Assembly (NCBI RefSeq): GCF_001194135.2
Contig: NC_068989.1
Location: 56,352,541 to 56,416,540 of the forward strand
Direction: 5' to 3'
DNA length: 64,000 bases
Origin: Octopus bimaculoides
Taxonomy: Eukaryota
Positions 50,091-63,923 of this stretch are shown here, in pieces. The notes under the pieces are model-generated. The model made no database searches. It worked only from the letters and a program-made list of their open reading frames with translations, and was not told the origin of the DNA. Positions within the stretch are counted from its first letter, which is position 1. Each line of letters opens with the position of its first letter. The translations under genes were made by a program, and so were the position numbers.

Positions 50091-52699
50091 TGCATGTATA
50101 AATATATATATAAATGACCAAAAGTGCAGGCATGGCAGCATGTTTATAAAGTTAACTTAGCAATCATGAACTTCTGAATTCGATCCCCAGTCACAACACT
50201 TTGTACAAGTATCTTTTATTATAACCTTCAGTTGACCCAAATCTTGTGAGTGAAATTGAATAGATGGATAGTGTGTGGAGAGGCCTAATGGATGGATTGT
50301 GACTGTAATTGATAAGTCTAGTCTTGTCACAAACGGTATCAAGGTGATTCTGTCTGAGATGTTAATACAAATGATATGTATCTAAGACAGAGAGAAATTG
50401 GTCCACCAATGAGACTCAGATCATGTATAATAATTACCAAACAATAAATAATTTATATTTTATTTAAGAAGATGGAAGGGCAGGTGCTGTGTTATGTAAT
50501 TAATCCTATGGTGACTCCACAAAATAATATTATCTTTTTTACGGAGATGAAAGGGCAGTTACCATATTGTGTAATCAGTCCAGTGATAACCTCATAACCA
50601 ATAAAGACATGTGGTATCTATTTGAGGAAATGGAAGGGCAGGTACTATATTGTGTAATAAGAACCATGATGACTCCAAAGTGATAGACATATTTAAAATC
50701 TTGTCAAGAGGTTTGTAGTTGAAACATGATAATACAAATTGTTATCATTATGATTTTTTATTCATGTTATTACCTTGCCGTGTTCCAGTTTTATTTTTAA
50801 AAGCAATATTCTACTGAACATTATTCTAATTCCTGATGTCAACTATCAACTGGTTAGTGCCATTAATCACAGGTGGAGATGTGACATATGATGCTCATAC
50901 ACAGAGTTATATACAAACTATCATCTGCAATATCTTGTTTTATTTGCCAAGGTGATGTGGCTTGGATATGCCCATTTGAACACACAGTGCCATTTGTTAT
51001 GCTCTGAAAGTCATCTGATTCACAAAGCCATTGTCCTAAGACAAATATTTCTACATTGTTATTCTATAGTGTCCCAATATTTTTATAAATAGGTTATCTT
51101 AAACTAACCCAATTTCTGATATCTTTATCAACTGATTAGTATTATAAGCCACATATGATTTGGGGAAAGACAGGCAGACTCAGGTTTACCATATACAATA
51201 GCCATGTGTTATGTTCTCATGTTCCTCTGTCAACTGGTACATAAGGTTCAAAATCTTGAGATCTTATCCCATCATATCTTTTTTCATATCTCTTTGGTCT
51301 TCTTCCTCGGTCAAATGCACACACACACACACACACAAATTTGAACAAAGACTTAGCAGAATAAGGAGTACAGAGACAGTTCACTTTGTCAAGTTCTGGC
51401 AGGCCTTGAGAGAAGATTTGAGCTAGTAGTGAAAATGTTTGGTATATCCCAAAGCAGCAAGTGGTAGGCAAGTGGTGGTGTGTGCTTATGGCTTAAATGT
51501 GCAGCTGGTCATTGTATAAATGTAAATTCAAATTTGAGCACAATTTGTTGCTTAAAGTCAATGTACCTCCCAAAGGAGAAATCCAATTGGTGAGAAAAGC
51601 TGAGGGAAATGTTTCATATCTAATGATGGTTTCAAATTTTGACACAAGAGGAGGGGGATAAGTCGATTACATCAATCCCCAGTATTCAAATGGTACTTAT
51701 TTTATCAACCCTAGTGGTACGTAAAAAGCACTCACTTCACTCTGCAGGGTGGTTGGTGTTAGGAAGGGCATCCAGTGGTAAAAACCATGCCAAAACAGAC
51801 ACAGTAGCCTGGTGTAGCCTTCTACCTGGCCAGCTCCTGTCAAACTGTCCAACCCATGCCAACATGGAAGGTGGTCATTAAATGATGAAGATGAAGATGA
51901 AAGGCAAAGCTGACCTGGACAGAATTTGAACTCAGAACATAAAGATGGACGAAATGTCACTAAGCATTTTGTCCAAGTCTACTAACAATTCTGCCAGCTG
52001 GTTGCTTTTTCCTTCAGTAATATTGGACATAGAAAATAGCTTTAGGCCAACATGAGTCTATCGCTTGCTACAAATGAATGATAATATCTTTTTGAAGGAG
52101 GAAACGGGCCAATATCAATGTGAATGTTGGCGGTGGCATCATCATCATTATCCTTTAATGACCATTCTCCATGCTGGCATGGGTTGGATGGTTTGACCAG
52201 AGTTGACAATCAGGAGAGTTGCACCAGGTTCCAATCTAATTTGGCTTGGTTTCTATGGCTGGATGCCCTTCCTGACGCCAGCCACTTTACAGTGTGTGCT
52301 GCTGGGTGCTTTTAACATGGCACCAGCATGAGTGCTTTTATGTGGCACAGGCACAAGGCTCTTGCAGGCCATTCCTCTTCACCAAGGGGAATATGTTGTA
52401 AATAAACTGTTGGTGGAGTGAAATTACTACATGGAGTGGTAGTAGTATATGGTGGGAAAATTTAGCATGTTGGCAGCTAAGGTAAGCTCGTGTTTGTCAT
52501 GTTTCTTTGTTTTTCATAATTGATCCTAAATAACAGCCAGTCAGTAACTATTGTATAACACAGATTTCAGAGTCATCACCATTGTTATCATTTAACATTC
52601 ATTTTCCATGTTGGCACCAGAAAATGAAAATGTGTGATGCCAAGTAGCTGAGATGAACAGCAATGTCACTCTGAGTTTGTGGAATTGCCTCAAAATCAA

Positions 52700-54830
52700 C
52701 CATTAGCGACTGAGCCAACATCAAGATGGTAGCAGGAACAGAGCTGAGATATCACATATCTGAAGTAAATTCACTGATGTGGGCCACTTTGTCGATTGAC
52801 TTATCTTGGGTGATGACATAGAAGCAACAATGATGGCATGAATGAGTGGTTTATTGTCTATCAATGCTTGCAAAAGGTGTTCTTCAAGCAAACAGAGTAT
52901 GGAAAAGTAAATCATTATTGTAGCAAGACAGGAAAGATCTGTTTTGTTGCTGTGGTGTAGTTCAGTTATGCCATGGAAGATTCCAGCCAATCAGAGCTGG
53001 AGGCATATGAATAAAATGGCAGTGATCAGCCTTAGCTGTAGGAACTCATGACAACAGCGAAGCAGTAGTTTCAAATTAGTTGCAGATTTGATGGTGTAGA
53101 AGCAACATTGCTTTCTTGACATGTTACATTTTCTGTGTCTACCACAAGCAACTCATTTGATTAATATCAGCTTCCACTCTGCTCATCAGTGTATATATTA
53201 AATCATGCGACTTTTCCTGATTCGCATACACATATATTTAGTTCCCATTCATATACAGGATTTATTCTTGTTACCACTTGCTAGCACTCATTACACTACT
53301 GAATAAATTTCAATGTTTTTGTTTTATAAACTTGCCTTCTGAATATTCTTTATTCACAGCTCTTTAAGAAATCACTGAATATGGATTTTTTTTCTATGAA
53401 CAGTTTTTAAAAACATGCTAACTACACACATTATGTTACAACTCGAACACATTACATATAGGAGACATTCCTTCCAACTTACATCAGTGACTCACATGTA
53501 ATACTATCAACTCTTGGTCAAATGATGTGTATTGAGTTTCTGCAGAACCAAGTTTCCTTAAGGAGAAGGCAAGGGTTGCTAATTGTCATCAGTGGTTGCT
53601 TGTTGCAAAACCTGATCCCGCTGCTGTAAGTGAAGTGTCAAAGTAAAGTCTGGTCGGAACACAATGTATTGGGTGATGTTACAATATGGCATCGGCAAGA
53701 GCACACAGATGTAGGCAGCTGTTCTAATATTTCTGAAGTATACCTTGATTCCCAAGTTTTATCTCTTCAGTGCAGACATGGCCATATGAATGCAGAGTTC
53801 ACTTTGCTATTGCATGATCTTGAGTCCTATGATACTGCATAGTACCATAGACAAGTATCTTTTACTGTAGCCTTGGACTAACTAATGCCTTGTGAGTGAA
53901 ATTAGTTGATGCACCCTGTATGGAAACTTATTGTGTGTATGTGAGCATGTGTGTGTTTTATGTTCTTTGCTTCACATGAAAAGCATTGAGCTACAGCTAA
54001 TGATGTTATGTTGACATTCTCTGGCAACAAAATTGCCCTCTGTTCTATTGAAGATATGAGAGATAAAAAATTCTCCAACTGAAAAATAGATAAAGGTCAG
54101 TGATAGGAAGAGAATCTAGTCGTAAAACAATGCTTCAACAAATGACAAATAGAAGTTGATGATTCCTAAGAGATCATGAAGTTGGTATTTTGTGCAGCAA
54201 GTGGGAATTCTTTGATTGCATAAACTTGATTTTTAAGCAGTTTCATTCATTCTGTGGTTGTTGTATGTTTAAAGAAATTTAGTGCAACTTCAAATTCAAA
54301 TTTGTTGGAGTTGATTGTAATGCTAATCTTTCGAGGTACTGTCTCAGGTGATGCTTGGGATTGGTGCTGACTATACAAATGTCATCTATGTAAACAAATA
54401 CAAAATCTAGTCTTTGACTTATTAGCTGATGACTCTTCAAGCCAAATGGCACAGTGATTATAGTTTTGTTTGTATCAAATGAATGAACTGAAATCTGGTG
54501 ATAGGCATGTATAAGACTGATTAAAAGATATTTTTCAATACAATTAAGTTGTAAATTCTTGTACAAGTAACAGTGGGAATCTGTCAGGTAAAATGATGCT
54601 GTTTAATGCTCAGCAATTCCATTGTGGTCTATAACTTTAATCTGAGATACCATATGAAGCACAGATGTCAAACTGCATCATGTATTTCAACTCTTGTTTA
54701 GCAACAGTTTCATGTTCAAGCACAAGTCTTCTTGCATGGGTAAAAACAGGATGTTGTCTTTTAGTTTTGATTTCATGCATAACATTGTGAGGTACAGGTG
54801 CATTGCATGACCCTTTAGCTTTCATATTTC
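52700..54830 (-). mobile_element. fragmented Ty3/Gypsy pol (RT/RNase H) remnants
   Basis: HEIKTKRQHPVFTHARRL; YHQISVH..KTIITVPFGL..FVYIDDIC; LAFSLRKLGSAETQYTSFDQE; LIDNKPL. Confidence 0.8.
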
Positions 54831-55854
54831 TTTGTCAAATGTATTGCTTACATATTCACATTGTTTTGAATTAATCACGCATTATCTTGTAGCATCAAAA
54901 TTTCAATGGTGTGTTCATATATTTCTAGAATGACATTTTAGAGTAGGTGTGAGAGGTTGGATTTCATCAGTTTTAACATAAAACAGGTAGAATATGGCCA
55001 GATTAAATGCAAAAGAGTTAATGGGGATCTAATGACTTTGACTTGGTGAGAATTTTTGAATACACAGTCTGAGGTCATGCAATGTATCTAAATGAACTGT
55101 ATGAGAAGGTTGCTATTGCTGTAATATTTCTGTTGATACCCTGGTTGGTAGTGTTATCCACAAAAGTGATGATAAACAATAATTGTTAGTGTTTTAAGAA
55201 ATTAGAGCTACTGATAGGATTGTGGATATCTTCAGTATCAAAACTCCACTGGAAAGTGTAACAAAATCCTAAATCTAGATTTAGGGAATGTCTTTCAAAT
55301 GTTGTGATTGAGTTTCTATCAATGGCTTGTAGATGTAAGCCTATTTGTGGTTGGTATCTTTCTTCATGAGTTGACAGAATGATAGTGATCTCAGAGCTGG
55401 TATTTCATCATCATCATTTAATGTCTGTTGTCCATGCTGGCATGGGTTGGATGGTTTGACCAGAGGTGGCAAGCTGGGGAGCTGCACCAGACTCCAGGCT
55501 GATTTGACATGGTTTGCATGGCTGAATGCCCTTCCTAATGCCAACCACTTTACTTGCTGGATGCTTTTACGTGGCACTGCATGGGCCCTTCTATGTGACA
55601 CAGCACAGGTGCCTTTATGTGGCATTGCATGGGCACTTATGAAATGAAATCACTCATTTGTTTTAAATTTGATAAAGTAACATATACATCTATTCAAGAA
55701 AGTTTCTCAAGACAAATCTTGCAGATTTGCAGCTTTTGATAGAACACTTACATTAAGTAAGATATATTGCATGTTGTCCCAACAAATCATTTGTGATTTG
55801 CTATTATTTCCAGCAGGTCAAACAACCAGATAGAGGCTCCCTTGATGACTTGTA

Positions 55855-57078
55855 TGAGGCCTGATCAATTAATATCTGGACTGGTGCTATAAAAACAAAA
55901 TGACATGTACCAATTTGGCATTTAATCTCCTTCAAAGTAGTCCCCTTTGGAAATCACACAATCCATCGCTGTTTCCATTGATGGAAGCATTCCTGGAACT
56001 CATTTTCTGGGATAATCAGCAGCTACCTCATAGCATTCCCTTTGATTTCCTCGATGTCCTGAAATCTTTCTTTCAAGTGGGATTTGATTTTTGGAAAGAA
56101 GAAAAAGTCGCAAAGGGTGAGATCTGGGGAATACAGAAACTGTCGGATCTGAGGAATGCTGTGCCTAGCCAAAAATTGCTGCACGAGCTGCGCTGAATGG
56201 GCAGGTGCATTGTCATGGTGCAATTGCCACTCACCGGATGCATGCAATTGTGGCCTTTTCCGACAAATAACATCTCACAAACACCGCAAAACGTCACGGC
56301 AGTACTCATTTTCTGTCTGACCAGGTGGAGCATGCTCATGATGAACAATCTCCTTGTAGTCGAAGAAAATGGTTGCATTACTTTGATTCATTCATGCGTT
56401 CTTTGATCTCGGAGAGATTGGGGTCTTCCATTGTGAAGACTGAGCCTTTGTTTCTGGGTCATAGCCATAGACCCATGATTCATCACTTGTTAAGACTGTT
56501 TTCAAAAAGTTTTCATCGTTCTCAACACAATCAAGGAGATCTTGAGCAACTGAAACCTGAGTGTTGTTTTGGTCAGCTGAAAGCAGTTTTGGCACAAACT
56601 TGGCAGACACGCATCTCATACCCAAATCTTCTGTGATAATGGACTGAACTGAACCATAGCTAATCTGTACATCCTCTGATAACTCATGGATGGTGATCTG
56701 ACAATTTCTCCTCACAGCTGCACGCACATCTGCGATGCTTTTCTCAGTTCTGCTTGTTGTGGGTCTCCCAGAATGTTTGATATTTTTTCGGTCATACACT
56801 TTTTGCAACTTTACGTAGGTCTCTGAGCAGGTATTGCCAAGCTTTTGGCAAAATTTGATGCAAATTCTCTGCTCAACTTTCTCAGTCTTGATCAATACGA
56901 TGATCCCACACTACATACTTTCCTTCCAAGCACTGCTGTAAACAGAAGTGAGCTAGAACGTTAAAACTTAGTGTGCATGCACAGCAGAGTTCAAGGTCAA
57001 ACTGTGCCAAGCAGTTTTACTCTGCATGCTTTAGCTTCGTTACTATGGCAACAGTCTGGATACTTATTGATCAGACCA
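55855..57078 (-). mobile_element. near full-length mariner (DD34D-type) element, pseudogenised
   Basis: TA-flanked TIRs tgaggcctgatcaattaatatctggactg / cagtctggatacttattgatcagacca; EQRICIKFC, SAKFVPKLL, TSDESWVYGYDPE, LHHDNAPAH, YSPDLTLCDF. Confidence 0.95.
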
Positions 57079-57789
57079 TATATTTTGAGATATCAAAAGA
57101 TAAAAATTCCACCATTTGTTTATCTAACTTCTTTCACTTTTTCTCTCCCCCTCACACCTTTATTTATAAATATTTTCCTTTTAATCATGCTCTAAGCATT
57201 AGCCTCATATACCAAATTAAGTATGATGAATCAACAGAAACATTCAAGTGTTTGACAAAAATACCTTGAAGAATTTGATTTGGTTCTTTATTTTATATTC
57301 TAAGAGCTCAACCAGGCATGGTATGTTTATCTATATCTAATAAAAAAAAAGGGGTGGGGAGCCCTTTTGTGCATTTGTATGAAAATAATTCCATGACAAG
57401 CACACAGCACATGTTGTTAAGGCGGTCATGAAAAACCATTCATTGAGCTGATAGTACAAGGAAGACAAACTAAATGAGTTTGCTCCACTAAACCAGTTTA
57501 TGTGGTAAAATATAAATAAATAAATAAAGAAAGAAAGAAAGAAGAAAATAATAACACTGCATGGTAGAGGTGGAAGAAAAGTTGTGAAGTAGTAGGGTGA
57601 GGATATATATAAAGTAGAAGTAGGCCAAAAGAAGTTTTGGCATGAAGTGGCTTGGTCAAATCTCATAAGGTTTGGTGTTCTAAATGAAAATGGTCCAAGA
57701 CTGAGTTATCTACCTAATTAAAACCATACATTAAATTATTGAGAAATTGATTAGAGGATATATATGTTGACTTGGCAAAGGTGAATAAT

Positions 57790-58830
57790 AATAATAATAA
57801 TTCCTTTTAATTTTGACACAAAGCCAGCAATCTCAAAGGGAAGGGGAAGTCGGTTACATTGACTCTAGCGCTCAACTGGTACTTATTTCATTGACCCCAG
57901 AGCTCAACTGGTACTTATTTCATCGACTCCTAAAAGATGAAAGGCAAAGTTGATCTTGGTGACATTTGAACTCAGAACATAAAGACGGACAACATTACAA
58001 CTAGCCATTTTGCCCGGTGTGCTAAAGATTCTGCGAGTTCACCACAACAATAATAATAATCATTTCAAATTTTGGAACAACACCAGAAATTTCAGGGGAG
58101 TGATATGTCGATTATATTGACCCAAGTGTTTACCTAGTACTTATTTTATTGACCTTAAAGTCGACCTCAGTGGAATTTGAACTCAGAATGTAAAGACAGA
58201 GGAAATGACACTAAATCGGTTTCAAATGTTGGCACAAAGCCAGCAACTTCAGGGGAGTGGGGGGTAAGTTAATTACATTAACCCCAGTACTCAACTGGTA
58301 CTCATTTTATCGACACTGAGAGGATGAAAAGTAAAGTCGACATTGGCAGAATTTGAACTCAGAACACAAAGAGGGACGAAATGCCACTAAGCATTTTGCC
58401 TGGCATGCTCATATGTTTGTACTGCACATTATGTCACTCCCTCCATCAAATCAATGTTGTCTGAACAGGTGTGCTGTGTACCACGTATCAGATGTCGAAG
58501 TGATTGCAGAGCAATGGGAAACAAAGTATTTTGGTCAAGAACACAATGCACTCCTTGAAACCACAATCTCACAATCATGAGTGCAACACCCTAACCACCA
58601 GGCCATTATAATAACAATCTTTTCTACTAAAAGCACAAGGCCTGAAATTTGTAGGGAGGGACTAGTTGATTACATTGACCCCAATGTTTCACTGGTACGT
58701 AATTCATTGACCTCGAAAAAATGAAAGGCAAAGTTGACCTCGGTGGAATTTGAACTCAGAGTATGAAGACAGATGAAATACTGCTGAGCATTTCGCCTGG
58801 TGTAAAAACGATTCTGCCAGTTTGCCACCT

Positions 58831-58868
<38 letters not shown>

Positions 58869-58985
58869 CCTGAAATTTTGGGGGAGGGGACTAGTCCATC
58901 ACATCAACCCCAGTGTTTCACTGGTACTTAATTTATCGTCCTCGAAAGGATGAAAGGCAAAGTTGTCTGTCCTTATTTCCACTCT
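57790..58985 (-). mobile_element. second head-to-tail family-B SINE array (about 5 copies, one family-D insertion)
   Basis: Periodic motif as at 38370-39905. Confidence 0.85.
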
Positions 58986-59914
58986 AGCACAAGGTGGACG
59001 GATCTACAATACAAGACTGTTCCATTCATCTCATCTGTGAAGCCTAGTACTCGGATATCTAATCTCACTATTTCATTCCATGTCTTCCTTGGTTACCCTT
59101 AGCCAGAGACACTATCTAATATCAACTCCCAACACTTTTTTAACATGGCATGCATTCTCCATTTACACTGCATGTCTCTATACTAATGCAGTTTAGTTTT
59201 TTTTGCATACATTACCTTAGTGCATGTAAGCACACATGCCCCATGCATGCGAATAATACCCACACAACAGCTTAACTACAATTGCCCTCAACTTTGTATG
59301 TAAATTCAATTATCATCATCATCATCATTTATACTATTTGAGGTCGGTTTCCATTTATAAATTCTTCCATCCCTATCACTGCTGAAAAACACCTTTCTAC
59401 CACTAGAACCGGCACCACACTCAACTATCTCTTCACATTCTCTGGAACTACTGCTTATACCTTACCACCATCACCACAACCAGTATCAGTCCCACCAAAA
59501 CCACCACCACCGCCAGCACAATCAGCAGTACCACCACCACTAGCACTACTACCACCTCTTTACCATCACTGAAAGTACGACTCACCTCTCATCACCACAA
59601 CCACCAACCCTAGTCCTAACCCCACCACCACCACCATTGGCCTTCCACCCTCCATCCCCCTGAAAAACATAAACCCAGCTTCATACACAGCTGACATCAC
59701 ATCCACATCCTTCCACTATTCACCAGATGCAGCTGCACAACCACCCCGAACCTACCCACCGCCCTACACCACCCACTCCAAAAGCCTGGTTCCAAAAACA
59801 AACAGATTTAAAAGAGGCACCTACTCAATAAACCATTTCCCTTTGTGCCAACAAGGGAGCTATGACCTGCTAGAAATGATAGCTAAATCTTTTTTCAAAT
59901 CATACCACTTAACA

Positions 59915-60240
59915 GTTGTGTGGGTTCAAATTCCATCCCACTGTGTGGCACATTGGACAAGTGTTTTCTATAGCCCCAGTCTGTCCAATACTTTGAGAGT
60001 GAATTTAGTTGATGGAAACTGTGGAAGTTCATTCTATGTATATGTATATGTGTGTGTGTGTGTGTGTGTTGCCCCCACTGCTTGAAAACTGGCGTTGGTT
60101 TGTTTATACCCTTGTAACTTAGAGGTTCAATAAAAGACACTGCTAGAATAAATAGCAGACTCAGAATAAAGCACTAGGTCAATTTATTTGACAAAATCCT
60201 TCAAGGCGGTGCCCCAGCATGGCCACAGTCTAATAACTGT
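59915..60240 (+). mobile_element. family-A SINE, CpG-decayed
   Basis: ccactgtgtggcacattggacaagtg...aggcggtgccccagcatggccacagtc. Confidence 0.8.
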
Positions 60241-60267
60241 GATGAATATAAAAATTAACAGGAGAAA

Positions 60268-60432
60268 AACAAGGCGAAGAAGAAGGTAAAGAAAAAGGTG
60301 ATGGTGGTGAAGAAGAAGAGGAAGAAGGTGAAGGAGAAGAGGAAGAAGGTGAAGAAGAAGAAGAGGAAGAAGGTGAAGGAGAAGAGGAAGAAGGTGAAGA
60401 AGAAGAAGAAGAAGAAGAACAACAACAACAAC
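60268..60432. repeat. (GAA/GAG/GGT)n purine tract with a 42-bp direct repeat, then (CAA)n
   Basis: Directly visible. Confidence 0.9.
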
Positions 60433-61885
60433 TTCAACTGCAGCCAACCAGCAACATATTCAACACCAAAATCTACAGACAGAGAAATGGAGTGCACAAT
60501 AGAGAAAGTACATGTCAAAACTGCAGTACTGCACCATATGCAACTAAACACTGCATGCCATAATGTGCACTACAGGGGGGGCCTCATCTGCAGCTATGGA
60601 CTGCACTTAGTTGCTTGGGTGACATATCAACATGCCCTAGAATTGCTCACTTGTACAGCAGGTAGATGATACCATCTGTGTATGAGCATGTGTATATTTT
60701 TTTGTGGAGGTGTGACAAGATTGCTGTTGTTGTTTAGCCTTGGGTTGGCGGTGATTAAGCAGACCTACTTACAATCAAAAGCAATCCAGCCAAGACCACA
60801 TTGCCTAACTTGTTTTCTTTTTCCAACACAGTAGCGCGAGATTGGAGGAGATTTGGCTTCTATTTCTAGCAGAATGAGTGACCACCCAGAGGCTCAGTGT
60901 GAAGATGTTGGCAGTGGTGGTTGCAGCAGTAACAGTAGTGATGGTAACAAATGTGGGGGTGGGGAGAGGCTGGTGGTGGGGTTGTGATGGTGATGGATTG
61001 GAAGATGAACAAACCTGTGGGGATGGAGGAGGAGGAGGAGGAAGCAGGGGTTATAGCATAACATCAGTTTATAAATATTTAAGCATGTAACTGGTTTACA
61101 CCTGTATTTCTTATGACATGCATGCAGTTCATAACATCATCATCATCATCTCACCGTCTACTTTTGTAAATGTCGTAAGGACAAATTAAAACAGAGAAGA
61201 AACCGTTAGGCTCGCTCCAATTTGGCAGTCATTGTTGTTTAGCCCCAGGTCAGCCTTCATCAAGTAGATCAGTGGCTAAAGGCACCCCAGTCATGACAGT
61301 GTGTCTAAGACTACATTATCTAATGTGTGCTCTTAGGTGTGATTTGAGGAGGATTTGGCTGCTATTTCTGGTAGGTTGTGTGACCCTGTAGAGGCTACCT
61401 TGTTGGTTTAATGGAGGATCAATAATAAAAGGTAGAGGGTGAGAATGTGGTGGTGGAGTGGAGAATGTTTTATAAAAGAGCAGTAATCAAAGAGGCAAAG
61501 AGGGGGGGGGTGAGAGAGAGAGATAGAGAGAATGAGAGGGTTAGAGAAAGAGATGGGTTAAAGAAAAAGTGAAGAAGGAGAGAACAACAAACAAAACTAT
61601 GGAATAAAAACAAAGTAAACCTGCTTTTACTTCTAGTTGTCAGATTAAATAAATGATGATGGCGGTGATGGTGATGGTGTTCATTTACCAATTTGAGTTC
61701 TGTAGCCACAATATCTAGAGTTGGTGCTAGTCACAGAAATAATGTGGTTGTGGTGGCTTACATCCTTTTCCACCCTTAAGATGTAACTAACATTAAGGAG
61801 ATTTGTTTGAGATTCTCAACTGTAGGATTTCACCACTATAACACCACTAGAAGTTGATCAAATCAATTGCTGGTCACTGCTGGGA

Positions 61886-62352
61886 ATGAATTTTCATCTC
61901 CCTCTGATATTTATTGCATTTTTAACACAGCAAGTGCATAAGAGACGCTTTCTCAGGAAAAAATACTGCAGCAACTGACTTATTGACAATGTGTAAACAT
62001 TAAGTATGTGATATAAAGTGTTATTTCAATTAAATACTGCCTCAGCTGTGTGTACTGGATTTTAAATCAGGTGGATGGCCATTTGCAACATCAGTGAATG
62101 TTATATTCAGTTTTTCCTATATCAAAGACAGTATTCTGAAAGTGCCCCAAATGGCTGAAATGCATCCTGTGCTTTTGCAGGTTGTTGTTGGCATGAATTT
62201 TCATCTCTTTCTCTCTCTGATATTTGTTGTTTTTAACTCAGCAAGTCCATAAGAGACGTCTCAGGACAAACATTGCACTAACTGGCATATCGACAGTGTA
62301 TATACATTTTGTATGATACATAGGTCCCTATTTTAATTAAATACTGCCTCAG
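61886..62352. repeat. diverged ~160-bp direct repeat, period ~307 bp
   Basis: atgaattttcatctc...cagcaagt.cataagagacg...aattaaatactgcctcag at 61886-62045 and 62193-62352. Confidence 0.8.
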
Positions 62353-63923
62353 TATTTAATTAAACTAAAAGAGCAGTGATCAAAGATACACAAACATGCA
62401 CATACACATATATATACAAGCATCTCCTATATTATGAAAACCCAGGTTACAGAATTCCAAACTTACAGAAGACAGCAAAGCATGACCACTAACTTTAGGA
62501 TATAATTCTACCTTTATGGAAACTTGGTTTTATTTTACCAATTTAAAATGCTAAAAATTGCCACCACCACTGTCTCTGTTTTTAATCTTCAATTTCTCAT
62601 ACTTGCAATGAGACAGATAATTCACTGGGTAAAGTATCTACAGCCAGATGCTCTTCCTACCAGGGCAGGACATATTTTCATAGAAGATAGGGAATGAACA
62701 ACACTGCTTATATGATGGTAACACTTGTTTACAACTATTGCATGATGTCAAGAAAAGGAGACCCAAGCACACACACACACATAATGAACTTCTTTCATTT
62801 ACAATCATACATAATCCATTCAGTGTTTTAGTAGTCTTGGACCTATATTAGGAGACACTTGCCAAGAGTGTCATGCAGTGGAACTGAACCCAAAACCATG
62901 AGCTGGAATGAAAATCTTCACCCAACAGCCATGCCTGCACCAGATATATATATATATATACACGTGTGTGTGTGTGGGATGAAGTATAGAAGGCTGATCT
63001 CAAATTGCAGAAACCTTATGAAGGAGATAACAGAGGGTTGCGATATGTGGTGCATTGCTGTACTTGAGATGACCCACTCAGCACAACAAAACAGAGATCC
63101 TAAAACCAAGGTGCCATGCAAAAAAGCATTGGTGTGGGTGCTGGTGGCATGTAAAAAAAACCCAGTACACTCGAGACCATGCCAAAACAGATTATGGAGC
63201 CTGGTGTAGCCCCTGGTATTACTGGCTCCTGTCAAACCACCCAACCACGCCAGCATGAAAAATGGATGTTAAATGTTGTTGTTGATGATGATATGTATAA
63301 TAATAATAATTTTTTTTTTATCATAAATGATCTTAACATTCTTTTTACTTTATATAAAATATTCTTTACATTCTACTGTTGTTTTATTGCTATTTATTTA
63401 CAAATATTATAAATTTTATAGGTAAAATATTTTTCTTGGAACGAATTACAATTTATAACATTGCTACTATGGAAAATCATTGCTCTATTTTACAAGCTTT
63501 TGCTTTACAAGCAGTCTCTGGGAATAAATTAACTTGTATATCAAGGCATTACTATAATTTACTAATTCAGGTATCTACATAAAAGCTTCCATAATGAACT
63601 GATTTCATATAATGTAGAGGAAGTGGTCCTTCAAAAACAAAAAAAAAAACATCCCTCAACACAAGTTACCTTTAAGTAGATGAAAGGAAATATCAAAATG
63701 ACAGGAGAGTTTTTAACTCAGATCAAAAATAACATAAAGCAATGAACTAGATATACTAAATCTCATGGCCTAGATCTCTGTCAATAACACAGGAAAGTTT
63801 GTGTAGTGAACCATGATTATGAAGGTATGTAATATACAGTTATACATATACACATACACATACAGAGAACCATCCATCATAATGCATATATTCAAGTAAG
63901 CACTAGATAAAATTAGTACTCAC

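Noticed and set aside
51217-51310. Protein-like minus frame RGRRPKRYEKRYDGIRSQDFEPYVPVDRGT
   Set aside because: No usable acceptor or donor
52400-52490. Plus-strand donor AAG|GTAAGC
   Set aside because: No acceptor with an open frame upstream
57337-57457. Minus-strand acceptor followed by LNEWFFMTALTT...
   Set aside because: No credible donor, and phase does not fit the gene 1 junction
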